Below, piece by piece: positions 52,260 through 64,000 of a DNA stretch of 64,000 nt. Made by a program: the position numbers and the translations under genes. Position 1 is the first letter of the stretch, and each line of letters opens with the position of its first letter. The notes below the pieces were generated by a model. The model ran no database searches. It saw only the letters and a list, made by a program, of their open reading frames with translations, and was not told the DNA's origin. This DNA comes from Azolla caroliniana. Its lineage: Eukaryota; Plantae; Polypodiophyta. The stretch lies in contig JBHGNT010000006.1 in assembly GCA_043228905.1 (NCBI GenBank), positions 19,902,001-19,966,000 on the forward strand. The letters are read 5' to 3'.

Positions 52260-55200
52260 ATGGCAGCTTCGTCGTGCTTAATACGATCTCTTCTTGTCTT
52301 CCCCTTCTCTCGCTCCAACCATTCTTCTTTCCTCCCACGTCTCTGCCTCCATTGCTCATCTCTGCGCATGGAAGCAGAAATGCCTCACCTCACCATTGCT
52401 TCCTCTTCCTCTTCCTCCTCCTCCTCCTCCTCCTCTCTGTTTTCTTTGTTTTCTTCTTCTTCCTCCTCCTCCGTCATGGATGTTGCAGACTATCGAATTG
52501 AAGGAATCTCTATCGGTGGTCATGAGACTTGTATCATTGTTCCTAAGCTTAAAGTAGCTTTTGATATTGGCCGATGCCCCCAGCGTGCCATCTCCCAAGA
52601 CTTCCTCTTCATCTCCCATGGCCATTTGGACCACATTGTAAGTAGAATTTAATTGACAAAAGGTTCTTCTGTTTTAAATCCATGTTTTTTCAGCGTAGGA
52701 AACAGTTTTTTATTTGAAACTATACAGGTAAAAAATATTGGAAGTGTTCAAAAATTTGACATCTTACAAGCAGTTGATGAATCTATGTGTTCTGGATGAG
52801 TTTATTTGAAAATTTACAAGTTTATCAATCTATCCATGAATTCGCATAACAAATCAGTTTATCTGACTTAAATGTACAAGGCTATCTATTCAACATAAAA
52901 ATATGAAATTCCTGAAACATAGGTAATTGTGGTATTTCCATCATTCATTAATATGGCAATCAAATGATCAAATTAGCTGTTTGAAAATATAATGTGAACA
53001 TCTAACCTAAATTAACAATGTTTTACTAAATTTCTATCACATTTCGGTGCATGCTTGGAAAGAGATTAAAGAAATTGTTAAAAGAAAACCTTTCAAAACT
53101 CTGTTAAGCACAAACTGGTGGTGATGAAATTTCCTTTAGGTATGACTGTTGTTTTTATGTTTTCCTTGTTTTCTATGACCCCCTTAATGGGCAGGGGGGG
53201 TATCAATGAAAAATCGCCCACAATAAGAAAGGAGTGCAAGCCATATTTCAGAGTCTTGCTGGCCCCGTTTTCTAGAATTCATTTAACATTCCACTAGATA
53301 TTAAGAGCATATAGGTGTAGCTAGGCATTTTTTTACAGTCAAATAAAACATACTGATAGAATTTGAATCACCAAAGGAGGGCTCTTCTCATTCAGTAAAG
53401 CGTACGCAACATTTCCTTAGCCCTTGATTTTCATGGCATGAGGGATCAATATAGGGTAGACCATAATCTGTCTTCTAAAAAGACAAGATATTTTGTTGAG
53501 AGTCTTCTTTCTAACCGGTTTTGGTTTTGGTTGATACTTTTGATGGGCAGTCTTCCTACACTCTAGTTTTAGTTTCTAGTCGGCTCAATGAACTTTTCTT
53601 TTTGTATGTATGTGATATCACATTTTTGGATATAACAGACTGCTTTGGCTTGTGTAGAACTGTTAACATACTATCTACTTCTTTCTTTTTAAATGCCATA
53701 TTCTTAATGTCTATGTGTCTCAGGGAGGCATCGCAATGTATGTAGCTACACGGGGCTTGTACAAGATGAAACCCCCTGTGGTAATTGTTCCAAAATGTAT
53801 CAAGAAGACAGTTGAGAAGCTCTTCGATGTCTACCGAGAGTTGGATGGTTCAGAGCTTAAGCATGAATTAATCGCTTTGGATGTAGGTATGTTTATGTTG
53901 TGTATTCTTTTATCAAGTCAGGTGTAGTCATGCATCATAGGATTGCTCCTATTTACCAGATTGGGGAGACATATGCTATGGGCAAGGGTCTTGTTGCAAA
54001 GGCATTTAAGACTTATCACGTAATTCCAAGCCAGGTTTGATTTGAAAATACCAATAAAAGCAAGCATGCTCAAGCATATTAACACTTATCATACAAGGTT
54101 CTTCCCTTAGATTTCTTTCTACATTTATATGCATTCCTAAATCGTATTGGAATACTTGTCTTTTGGACAAAGATACCAATTGTTTCACATTAACTTGGTG
54201 TATCAAATTTACAGGGTTATTTGCTATACTCAGTTAGGAACAAACTGAAAGCAGAGTACCTTGGGCTTTCTGGAAACGAAATCAAGAATCTAAAGGAGAC
54301 TGGAGTTGAGGTGAATTTGCTTATGATTTGAGTATTTTGATTAGATCAATATCCAACATGGGTATCTTGGGTGAGTTCCTCCTTGCTCTAACGGGAAATG
54401 CGATGGGGCTTCAGCACACAGGGTGTTTAATTCTAATACCTGAGGTAGTCGTTTGTGCATGCAAACCATTTGCAGAATTTTCCCTCAGGTCAAGCATGTA
54501 TTCATGATGTGCGAAGTTGCAAGTTTCGACTGGATTTTTCTCATCCTCAATGTTCAGAATCTTTTCGTCTTCACTGCATCCATTCTCAAGACCAGTTAGA
54601 ACTGCACTTTGTATTATGTCAAAGCACGTGCAGATCTTTCTTCAGCCATTTTATGAGCCATTTTTTAACTCATCGCTACTCTTTCGAGTGGTCATCACCT
54701 GCAGTCCAGGTGTACACGTGGTTGTCTCCAGAACTTTACATGATGGCTCCATGAGTGTCATCTATTGAGGATGATATATGCAATCTCTAGTAATGACGAC
54801 ACTTTTCAAAATATTGACACCTTAACCTTGGAAAATGCTCCTTAACCCCTGCCAAAACAACACAACCTTGAATAGTGCTCCTCCATTCCTGCTGCCAAAA
54901 CACCATGGAATATCAAAAAAGCCCACCGCTCTGGATATAACAAATGAGGATATGAATACGGGGAGTATATTCTATCATCTAAGGATGAATTGGGAGATTC
55001 AGAAAGGGCGTCACATATATGAGAGTGAAGTCAGTCAGCTCTCATATCCGCATTTATTTAGTTCATTCCTCGTTCCATTTGGACCCACCTCCAAGATAGC
55101 ACTCTTGGGGCTTTTTGGACCATATTTATATGTTCAGATTAGCCCTTTAGGCATGCCATACTTGCATACTTGATACATATAGGACACATATACATGGACA

Positions 55201-57198
55201 TGTTTTATATTGTAGGTTGATTTAGCCTCTAATAATGTGGAAAAGGAACTCTCTCTCTCTCTCTCTCTCTCTAAGAATCTAAGGCAAAATGTCACTTCAT
55301 TTCTCTGAAGAGGCTGAACTGATAAAAAACATCTCAATTATAATGTGATGTGTTATCTCAATGCTCATTCATACAAAAAGAAAAGGCTCAAGTGATGATT
55401 ATTCACTTTAGTTGTAACTTGGAGGTTATATTGTACTGCTTGTAACATATTCAAAATTGCATTTTGATAACATTTTGTACAGAATATAAAAGATGATATA
55501 TAAATAACAATGTACTGGTTCATTTTTTTTAATAGATTACTTTCACCACAATGGTTCCAGAGATAGCATTTACTGGTGATACCATGGCTGATTTTATTGT
55601 GGACAAAAACAATGAAGATGTCATGAAGGCAAAGGTTCTTGTCATGGAGGTCAGTTTTGTCTCACTTGATCACACTTTCTCTCAAAGTAACTACTAAACT
55701 GAGTGCTTCAAGGGCTCTTATGAAACGTAAGTTGAGTGCAAAGTTAATCATAATTATAAGTTTATCTCAAGTGTATACCATAGAGTATGTACAATAAAGT
55801 CAGATGGCTTATGGATAATAGTCATGATGTCTGCAGTGTGAGAAATGCTGTTAATAGCAGTGGAACAGTTAGAAAAAATAGACACAACCAAGCTGTGAAA
55901 AGGCTGTTAGACAGCAGTAGCAAAATAGTCGCAAAGAGTAGAGACACAACCAAAGAGTAGAGCCTGTAGCAACAAAAATAAAGTTCTTACAAAAGAGGCT
56001 GGTATAGCCTATTTATACAAAATTGGGGAGCATGGGTGAAATGGTTGTTTGGTAGTAAAGTGACTCTTGTACTACCAAATAGGTACAGTAAATGAGGAAT
56101 AAGAGGGAATATCTTGGAAGAGAGAGAAGGCATTTAAAGAGTTACAGATTCTAGAGAGAAGAATCTAGGAAGAGAGAGAATGTTGAGAAGAGATAATAAA
56201 GATGAAAGAGAATGCAGGTGTGGAGCTGCCACTGTCTAACATGCAGTACTACTGTTTCTATTTTTGCATAAAAAAGAACAGCATGTTCATTATGCTTGGG
56301 AGTGGCTCCGGGGATAAGATTTAATGGAATTATTGTATTTTTGTTGTAGTTTGCAAATAGCATATCTTGGGGGTATTTGGAAAATCCCCATTATGGTTAT
56401 TTTTCAATTATAAGCTGTGTTTGTGGTGGTTAATGATTTAAAGAAATAGCACTGTGAGTAAACTATATAACCTTGAAGGGTTTGAGAGATCGATGTAAGA
56501 AATCTTTATCCATTTATCCAACAGGCTACCTTTGTTAACGACAGCATGCCTGTGGAGCAAGCTAGGGAACATGGTCATACACATTTATCTGAGGTAGTCG
56601 TCTTTGTTTTTGGGTGCAATCCGTTTTGTCAGTCTTCTTTGTAAACTAGCTTTGTAGCTCTTTAATATTAAAGTTTTTACTGAAATTTCACTCATCCCAT
56701 GCACAATTTGATACATTTGCAATGTTTTTATTTTATTTTATTCCCCAAATGCCCATCAATTTTCATTATTTCCCTAAATCCTCTGGTCAATCCTCTAGAA
56801 TAAAGAAACAAAGACATTTAATTGATCAAGAGGGTGGTTGACCATAGGCATTGGGGGAAATGAAGAAAAAGGTGGATATTTTCAGAGTTTGTTGCTGCCA
56901 TTTATTACATTATGCTAGTGCTTACAGCCAGAATATATCAGTTGAGCCAGCATGTGAAATGTTCTGTTAGGTGGTGGCTCTTGCAGATAGATTCCATAAT
57001 GAAGGAATTGTTTTTATACATTTTTCAGCAAGACATAGAACTGAGGTAAGGAAAGTAGGTTTAAGAGCCACAAAAGCTTATCATATTCTGTGAGTGAGTA
57101 ATACAATGTGTTTTGCATTCCAGGAAATCCAGACAGCATTGAAGAATCTTCCTAAAGGGCTACATGAACGATCGTTCGCATTGCTTGATGGTTTATAA
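52260..57198 (+). CDS. TRZ: Short-form TM-type tRNase Z (TRZ1/TRZ2-like). Exons: 52260-52637, 53724-53882, 53960-54034, 54215-54310, 55536-55649, 56525-56593, 56971-57045, 57124-57198
   Basis: EGISIGG, FDIGRCP, HGHLDH, TYHVIPSQGY, KLK..YLGL arm, AFTGDT, MEATF, HGHTH, HFSAR; all introns GT-AG and in phase. The start codon is uncertain. Confidence 0.92.
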
Positions 57199-57356
57199 TT
57201 GCAATGATTTAAAGAGATGTATTATAAGTAAGAGCACATGAAAATTCTATTCTTTTTTGTCAATTATTTAGTGTAAGGAGCTTGATTCCTTCATAGTCTA
57301 CAAGCATTATTCAAGTTGCTTGTCGAGGAAACTTACTATTTTTTCCCTCTATATTC

Positions 57357-58351
57357 AATTGGGAATAAAAAGCAATCGTGCCTTTTATTAGTGCACGAGT
57401 GTGAACGCACTCGTAGCACATTTTGACTTGTATACATCGAACGTAATATTCGTGTTCATGCAAGCATTCAAACGTTTGGAAACAAACATGTTTGAAAAGG
57501 GAAAAATATGTGCTCCTTTTTTTTCTTTTTTTTTCATTAATTTATTGTTATTACAAATTCAGCTCACCCTAGTGGTAAGGTGTCTTGCTATTGCTGTGTA
57601 TGTCTTGGGTTTGATTCCCAATTTTCTCATTGCTCGCTCTCATTAGTACCATGTCAAAATTTTATGTTAGTATTATAATAGTTGTTTTTCTTTCTTTTTT
57701 CATTATTAGAACTAAGCACAACCTAGTGGTAAGTTGCTGTGCTACTATTACTTGTGTCTTGGGTTCAATTCCCAACTTTCTCATATCCTCTTTTTAGTGT
57801 CATGTTGCTTTTTCTTCTTTTCCTTTCTTTCTTTGTTATTAGGAATTAGCTCACCCTAGTGGTAAGTTGTTATGCTACTACTACCTATGCCATGTTTTTT
57901 TCATATTCTCGAATATACGTTTTATGAGTTTTTGAACGTTTGATTATAATTTATAATGACATATTTTGATTCAATCTCTATAGTTCATACTCATTTTTTT
58001 GCAAAGTTCTAAAGTGAGGATGATAGAGATGTCTTGATTCTTAAGAAGCATCCCAAAAGTATGCATGTGATACAATAGAAATATTGTACCATACTTATGT
58101 TGGTGGTTCACAATGGATTAGAGTCCACTTATTATTATTGAGAGTGAATCAATATATAATATAGACCATAGCCAATCCAATCCAACTTGTCAATCCACTC
58201 CAACTTTGAGATGATTTACCATACATGTTTGATTGAATCATTCTCGAATGCGAATGCATGTATGATACGTATGGTTCATTCTATGCTTGTATATACATAT
58301 ATGTATTTAAAAACCAAAAAAAGTGGTACACTTTTTGTACCCAAGACAACG

Positions 58352-58395
<44 letters not shown>

Positions 58396-61300
58396 CCTTT
58401 GTCTTTCACTCAGACTCTCTCTCTCTGATTGACCTAAAACCCTAATTCTCTTGTTGCCCTTCAAACTAGTATTAGAGCGAAGCAGGTTAGAGCAGTTCAC
58501 GTTTTCTGTAGAGTAGGTCACATTTTGACCGTGTGCAGCAGAAACATCTTGTAGGCTTTGACAATGCATGAACAATAGATATTGCCTTTAAAAATTTATC
58601 TACATGTATGAAATTTTCTGTTTTCAGTGTGGTTATATATTGTTGGTTGGTACTTGTTTGTACCTTAGTTCACTTGTGTGAGAGTCTAGGCTTAGTTTTA
58701 TTATTATTAAGTTTTGGTCTTCCTTTTGGGCTAAGAAATCATGACTAACAACAGTGACAATAGCTATCTTATGCACATCAAGAAGCTGGAGGGTGCACAT
58801 AACTTTGCGGTATGGAAAAAGTAGTGTTACAACATCCTGTTGTAGAAGAAGCATGCAAAGCCTATTTAAAGTCAAAGGGGTAGATTATTGACAAAAGTTG
58901 AACGAGCTTACACGCTCGACTATTGAGTTGTCAATTTTTGATGCCTTGATGTTTAATATTGAAGGTTTGGACTATGTCTATTCTATATGGACTAGACTAA
59001 AGGAACTGTATGCACAGAAGACAACAACTAACAAAGTTTATTGGCTTAAGAAACTTATGGATTTGCGCATGACAGAGGGCACACCCATGTCAACTCACTT
59101 GAGTGAGTTCCATTCCATTTTCAGCTAGCTATTTGCCTTGAATTCATCATTGATGATGAGTTTAAGGCCATGTTTTTACTTTGCACCTTGCCATAAAGTT
59201 GGGATACTTTCAGGATTGCTATGAGCAATTCAAAGGCGATGCTTCTTTATGCCGATGTAGAGAGTTCTCTACTCATGGAAGAGATGAGTCGACAGAACAA
59301 TGCATCCAATAAGTCCTCTAGTGCGTTGCATACTAGGGGTAGGTCACAACAGAGAGGCAAATTTAATAGTTATGACCGTAGTAAATCACGTGGTAAAGAT
59401 GTAGAATGCCATCACCGTGGCAAAAAGGGTCACTTTAAACGTGATTGTTTCAAATGGAAGAAAGAGAAAGGAAAGGGCAAGAAGATAGATGATTGCATAG
59501 AAGAGAAGAGAGACATTCAATTGAGGAAAATCAATGCTAATATTGAAGAGGTGAAGGTAGTGACTCATGATAGTGATAGTGGAAATGATGTACTCTTTGT
59601 CTCTTCCTGCCATAGAGAACATGCTTTACTTGTAGATACGGATGGTGACATGCACACGTGGATACTCGATTCTGGTGCTTCTTTTCATGTCACCCCTCAT
59701 CGTGAGTGGTTTTCAGATTACACAGGGGGTCAACATGGTGTTGTCCATCTTGGGCACTATGCAATTACAGTTTCAACGTGCTTCTGCTTTCACACTTCAG
59801 CATGTATTGCATATACCTCAGCTCAAGAAGAGCTTGATTAGCACATGACAACTAGATGATGATGGATTTCACACCACCTTTGGTGATGGGAAATGGAAGA
59901 TTTTTAAGGGATCTAGAGTTATTGCCAAGGGTAGTAAAAGTGATACTTTGTATCCTCTCCATGTATCTAGTGTGAGTGACCATGTTGTTGCCATAACTGA
60001 GCAGCCAAGTGTTTCTTTGAGGCATGGCCGGTTGGGACACATGAGTGAAACTGGTATGAAAGTACTTTCTCGTTTAGGTTACTTGCCGTGTCTTCGTTAT
60101 GTTGATTTTGAGCATTGTGATCATTGCATTTATGGTAAACATGTACAAATAAAAAGTCTCTTTCGCTGAAGTCTTCCCCTCTTGAGTTAGTATATTCAGA
60201 TGTATGTCAGATGCCAAGGCTATCATTAGGGGGAAAGAAATACTTAAGTTGTTTTTATCGATGATGTTACATAGAAGGTATGGTTGTGAGGCTTTTGTGC
60301 ACATTCGTAAAGAAGAACGCTACAAACTTGAGCCAAAGTCCTGCAAATGTATTTTCCTAGGATACGGCGACGAGGGTGAAATGGGGTATAGATTGTGGGA
60401 TCCAGAGAAAAGAAAAATAGTACGTACAAATGATGTTATCTTCCGGGAAAATCGCATGCATAAACAACCCGAAAAGATCGAGGAAGTACGTAGGGTTGTA
60501 TTCCGAGAATAAATACCTTTTAAACAGAAAAATGTGCCTGCTGTACAACAACAAACATATGTTGTAAACTTACTTGCAAATGCAGAAAATGAGGCTAGAA
60601 GGTTTTTGTAGAAGTCAAGTGGACCACTACTTGTACACCAAGAAGGCAGGAGATGGCAACCTGATTATCTTGGTTTTGTATGTTGATGGTATGTTAATTG
60701 CTGGCAAGGATATTCATGCCTTGGATTCATTGAAGCAAAGCCTTCATGGCAGCTTTGATATGAAGGATCTTGGTGATGAAAATCACATCCTTGGCATGCG
60801 AATACTCCAAAACCAATCGAAAGGGGTAATCTTTCTATCTGAGCAAGAGTATATCTCTAAGGTTTTGCAGCGTTTCAATATGGGGGGGGGGGGGGGGGGG
60901 GGACAATTGGGGTTCCATTGCCTCCAATTTTGAAACTTAGTGCAGAAGACAACCCTACATTTGATGATGAGAAGTTTAAAATAGCTAAGGTTCCATATGC
61001 TTCAACCGTTGGTAGTTTGATATATGCGATAATTGCTACACACCATGATATTGCTTTTGCAATGGGAGTGGTTAGTAGATACATGGCAAATCTCGACAAA
61101 AAGCATTGGGAAGCGGTGAAAGGTATTATGAGATACCTCAAAGGCACAAAGGACTTGTGCTTTTGCTTTGGAAAGCAAAAGACATCTGTCGTTGGTTTTA
61201 TGGATGCGGACTGTAGAAAGTCTACTATTGGGTATGTGTTTACTTTCATAGGAGGAGCGGTCTCTTGGATCTCTAGGCTACAAAAGTGTGTTGCATTGTC

Positions 61301-61795
61301 TACTACAAAGGCAGAGTATGTTGCTGCCACTTAGGCATGCAAGGAGGTTTTATGGCTTTCATATCTAGTGAGAGATCTTGGCATTACAGAGTTACTTATT
61401 CTTCATTGTGATAGTCAGAGTGCTATCATGCTAGCTCAGAATCTCGTCTTTCATGCAAAGATGAAGCACATACAGGTGAAGTATCACTTCATCATAGATG
61501 TACTTGACAGCAAGAACATTGAGCTTGTCAAAGTACATACAAATGATAATCCTGCAGATCTTCTCACGAAGGGTCTTCTAGCTGAGTGATTTGCTCATTG
61601 CCGACAGATGATGGGAGTTGGATAGATGTATGTAGTTCAGCTTTGTACATACTTGGACTTAGCTGACTTTCTTCTTCTTCTTCTTTTTCTCCTCGTGGCA
61701 CATTGCCTTTAGGCGGGAGGTTGTTGGGAATAAAGGGCCATCATGCCTTTTATTAGTGCACGAGTGTGAACGCGCTCGTTGCGCATTTTGACTTG

Positions 61796-61836
<41 letters not shown>

Positions 61837-61925
61837 TTATTTAAAAACCAAAAAAAGTGGTACACTCTTTGTACCCAAGACAACGTACATCTCGCTCTCT
61901 TCCTAAAAACCAAAAAAATTACAAC
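57357..61925 (+). mobile_element. Ty1/copia (Tnt1/Tork-like) LTR retrotransposon, internally deleted and degraded
   Basis: 5' LTR ~57357-58465 (split by an insertion) matches 3' LTR 61722-~61925. PBS-Met-like TAGTATTAGAGC at ~58467; CHHRGKKGHFKRDC, WILDSGAS, HGRLGHMS, YVDGMLIAG, CDSQSAI, NPADLLTK; PPT AGGCGGGAGG at 61711-61720. Confidence 0.92.
57435..58285 (-). mobile_element. hAT-type non-autonomous element (same termini as the MITE family) inserted in the copia 5' LTR
   Basis: Ends match the reverse complement of the 18925-19191 termini; perfect 8-bp TSD CTTGTATA (57427-57434 and 58286-58293). Confidence 0.88.
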
Positions 61926-61929
61926 ATAG

Positions 61930-62770
61930 GAAGTCCATGGAACACACAGCATTGGCCGAGCACATCATATATGCTTGAGAGTGTCTAGTTCATTTTCTCA
62001 CTCTAACCTTCAACCGTGCCCTCATCGAGGGTTTTCCACCACAATGGACCATGAACACAGTGGCCCCTTTACATACAGGAGGGGACCCAATGGACCCAAA
62101 TACATATAGGACCATTATGATAGGTCATATGCTCGCTAAATTATATGGTGTAGTAATGGAAGCAGAGCTCAACGATTATATGGAAACCTTAAGTCTTCAA
62201 GCACCTGAGCAGGCTAGCTTTAAACAAGCCTTCTCCACTATTGACCATATCTTCAACACTTAGATGTTTAATTAACCAGACGACGACTCGCAAGAAGAAA
62301 CTATATTGTTGCTTTGTGGACTTCTACAAAGCCTTTGACACAGTTCGTAGGGAGCGGTTGTTTGACAAGCTTAAAAGCTTGGAGATACCAAATGACATGA
62401 TTTGGGCCATCTATGCTCTATATGAGATCATTGATTTTATTGCTCGTAAAGGAGGCAACAGAGTAGCCATTGGGGGTACGCAAGTTAGTCTCTACTCTAC
62501 GCAAACGACATAGTTTTGCTCTCGGAGTCTGAACACGACCTACAAAAGCACATTAATGCCCTAGACGACTTTTGCACACGAGGACTGGTAGTGAATCTAG
62601 CAAAAACTAAAGTCCTTATCTTTTATACATCGTCTCGAGTTAGGAGTAAATGTCACCTAATCCTCTCTCATAAACCAGTTGAGTAATTGGATCATATGTA
62701 TATTTGGGAATCACTTTTAGTGCTCGTTCAGGTAAATTCTCGATGACCCAGGCATACAAAGATAGGCTAA
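61930..62770 (+). mobile_element. RTE-clade LINE RT fragment
   Basis: GDPMDPNTYRTIMIG, STIDHIF, LYCCFVDFYKAFDTV, LYANDIV, VNLAKTKV, YLGITF, with frameshifts and a deletion. Confidence 0.85.
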
Positions 62771-63493
62771 TGTTGTCGTAGTGTAATTCGCACACTACGT
62801 GAAATATGTAAAAAACATATCCGATTTAAGTACGCATAAATAAATAAAAGAAAATATTAAAAGTATTATTACATGGATAGGGCAAGATTTGAACCTTGTA
62901 CCTCCATGTAAACAACCCCAAACTTTATCATTGTATTAACTTATCATAAGTGATCTAAATATAGATTTAATAGGTATACTAGTTATATTTACGCCTATTT
63001 TTACAAAAAAATAAATCATGCACTTTTAGAGTGCGTGAAAACTTTATTTGGAAGAAAAACGCAAGCCAATTACTCATGCACATCTAGTGTGCATGAGCAC
63101 TATATTTACGAAATAAAAAAAAGCATGGTTGAAAAAGGCAACTCATGCACATCTAGTGCGCATGAACACTTTAGGAAAAAACATGATGCTATGGTTAGTC
63201 TCTTCCATCACTATATGAGGAGGAGAGAAAGATGTATATTGTTGTTGATTTTTTTATAAGGGTTGATTAATATAAAATATTCGTGGGATTCACGATTTTG
63301 CCATTTATTTCTCTCTTACAATCTGAGTATCAATTAATACACTATACTCATGGGATTCACGATTTTCATATCTTCTTCTTGCAATCTATTCTTAACTAAC
63401 ATTATCTCATATTTTTCTTTCTCCTAGTCCAAAACCCCAGTGGTTCCCACCCGACTCACGCAAACGATCTGGCGCCGAAAGGCATGACACAAG

Positions 63494-63660
63494 TGGTGAA
63501 CCCGACATGAAGATGGGTGGCAAGGAGATGGAGAATCAACAACCGGAAACTAACAACATGATGGCGATGTTCGAGCGGATGCTACAAGAACAACACACGT
63601 GTCAGAGATTGCGGCGGTAGTAGAGCGGCTCGTGCAACGGAGCAGGCAATTCAACGGTGT
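63494..63660 (+). mobile_element. PBS (tRNA-Trp-like TGGTGAACCCGAC) plus short gag start of a truncated LTR element
   Basis: The motif follows ...ACACAAG and is followed by a short gag-like ORF (MMAMFERMLQEQ...ERLVQRSRQFNG). Confidence 0.45.
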
Positions 63661-64000
63661 CGTGTGGTTTTTCACACACGATATGAAAACTAGTAAAAGA
63701 ATTATTTAAGATTATCTTAATGTACTGATATGGAAAGATAGATGTCTTCAAGAGTTTCATAACGTATTTTACTACGCATGAAATGGATAAACAAGCATCA
63801 AGTTATGTGAGTGAGAAGTTTAAAGAGAAAAGGAAAAAAAACAAAATTGTGAGATATCCCACATAGATAGGATAACATTGGATTCCCCAATATATATAGA
63901 AAGCCAAAACCTATTCATTATATTAATGTGTGAAGCACAAAATGTTCAAGGTGACTTGGGCTAAATTGTGTGGATGAATGGCTCAAATGATTTTGGGTCA

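Noticed and set aside
54360-54830. Coding-like antisense fragment in tRNase Z intron 4
   Set aside because: It contains stops and no identifiable motif.
13944-57198. Functional cluster of organellar genes (PPRs, Rieske, tRNase Z)
   Set aside because: PPR genes are very numerous in such genomes and nothing here indicates co-regulation, so proximity is probably chance plus local duplication.
60882-60902. Long G run in the copia RT
   Set aside because: Homopolymer expansion or sequencing artefact in a dead element.

Overview
This is eukaryotic plant nuclear DNA, most likely from a fern or similar seed-free plant (inferred from the PLS-PPR style and the TE families). Host genes: three paralogous PLS-class PPR RNA-editing-factor genes (13944-16928 -, 37710-39341 +, 42183-44072 +), a mitochondrial Rieske Fe-S protein exon, a non-LEC1 NF-YB gene and an 8-exon TM-type tRNase Z gene. 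They lie among nested or decayed TEs: Ty3/gypsy, a Tnt1-like copia, L1 and RTE LINE fragments, a MULE carrying a Ulp1 protease with shared TIRs and subterminal arrays, and a hAT MITE family with 8-bp TSDs. The most notable signal lies outside the ORF track. Decayed OSB-type 'PDF' ssDNA-binding motifs sit just upstream of at least two PPR ORFs, and a frameshifted DYW deaminase relic sits just downstream of the longest. Together they suggest an ancestral PDF-PLS-E-DYW protein that is losing both ends. All calls were made by eye and are not database-verified.
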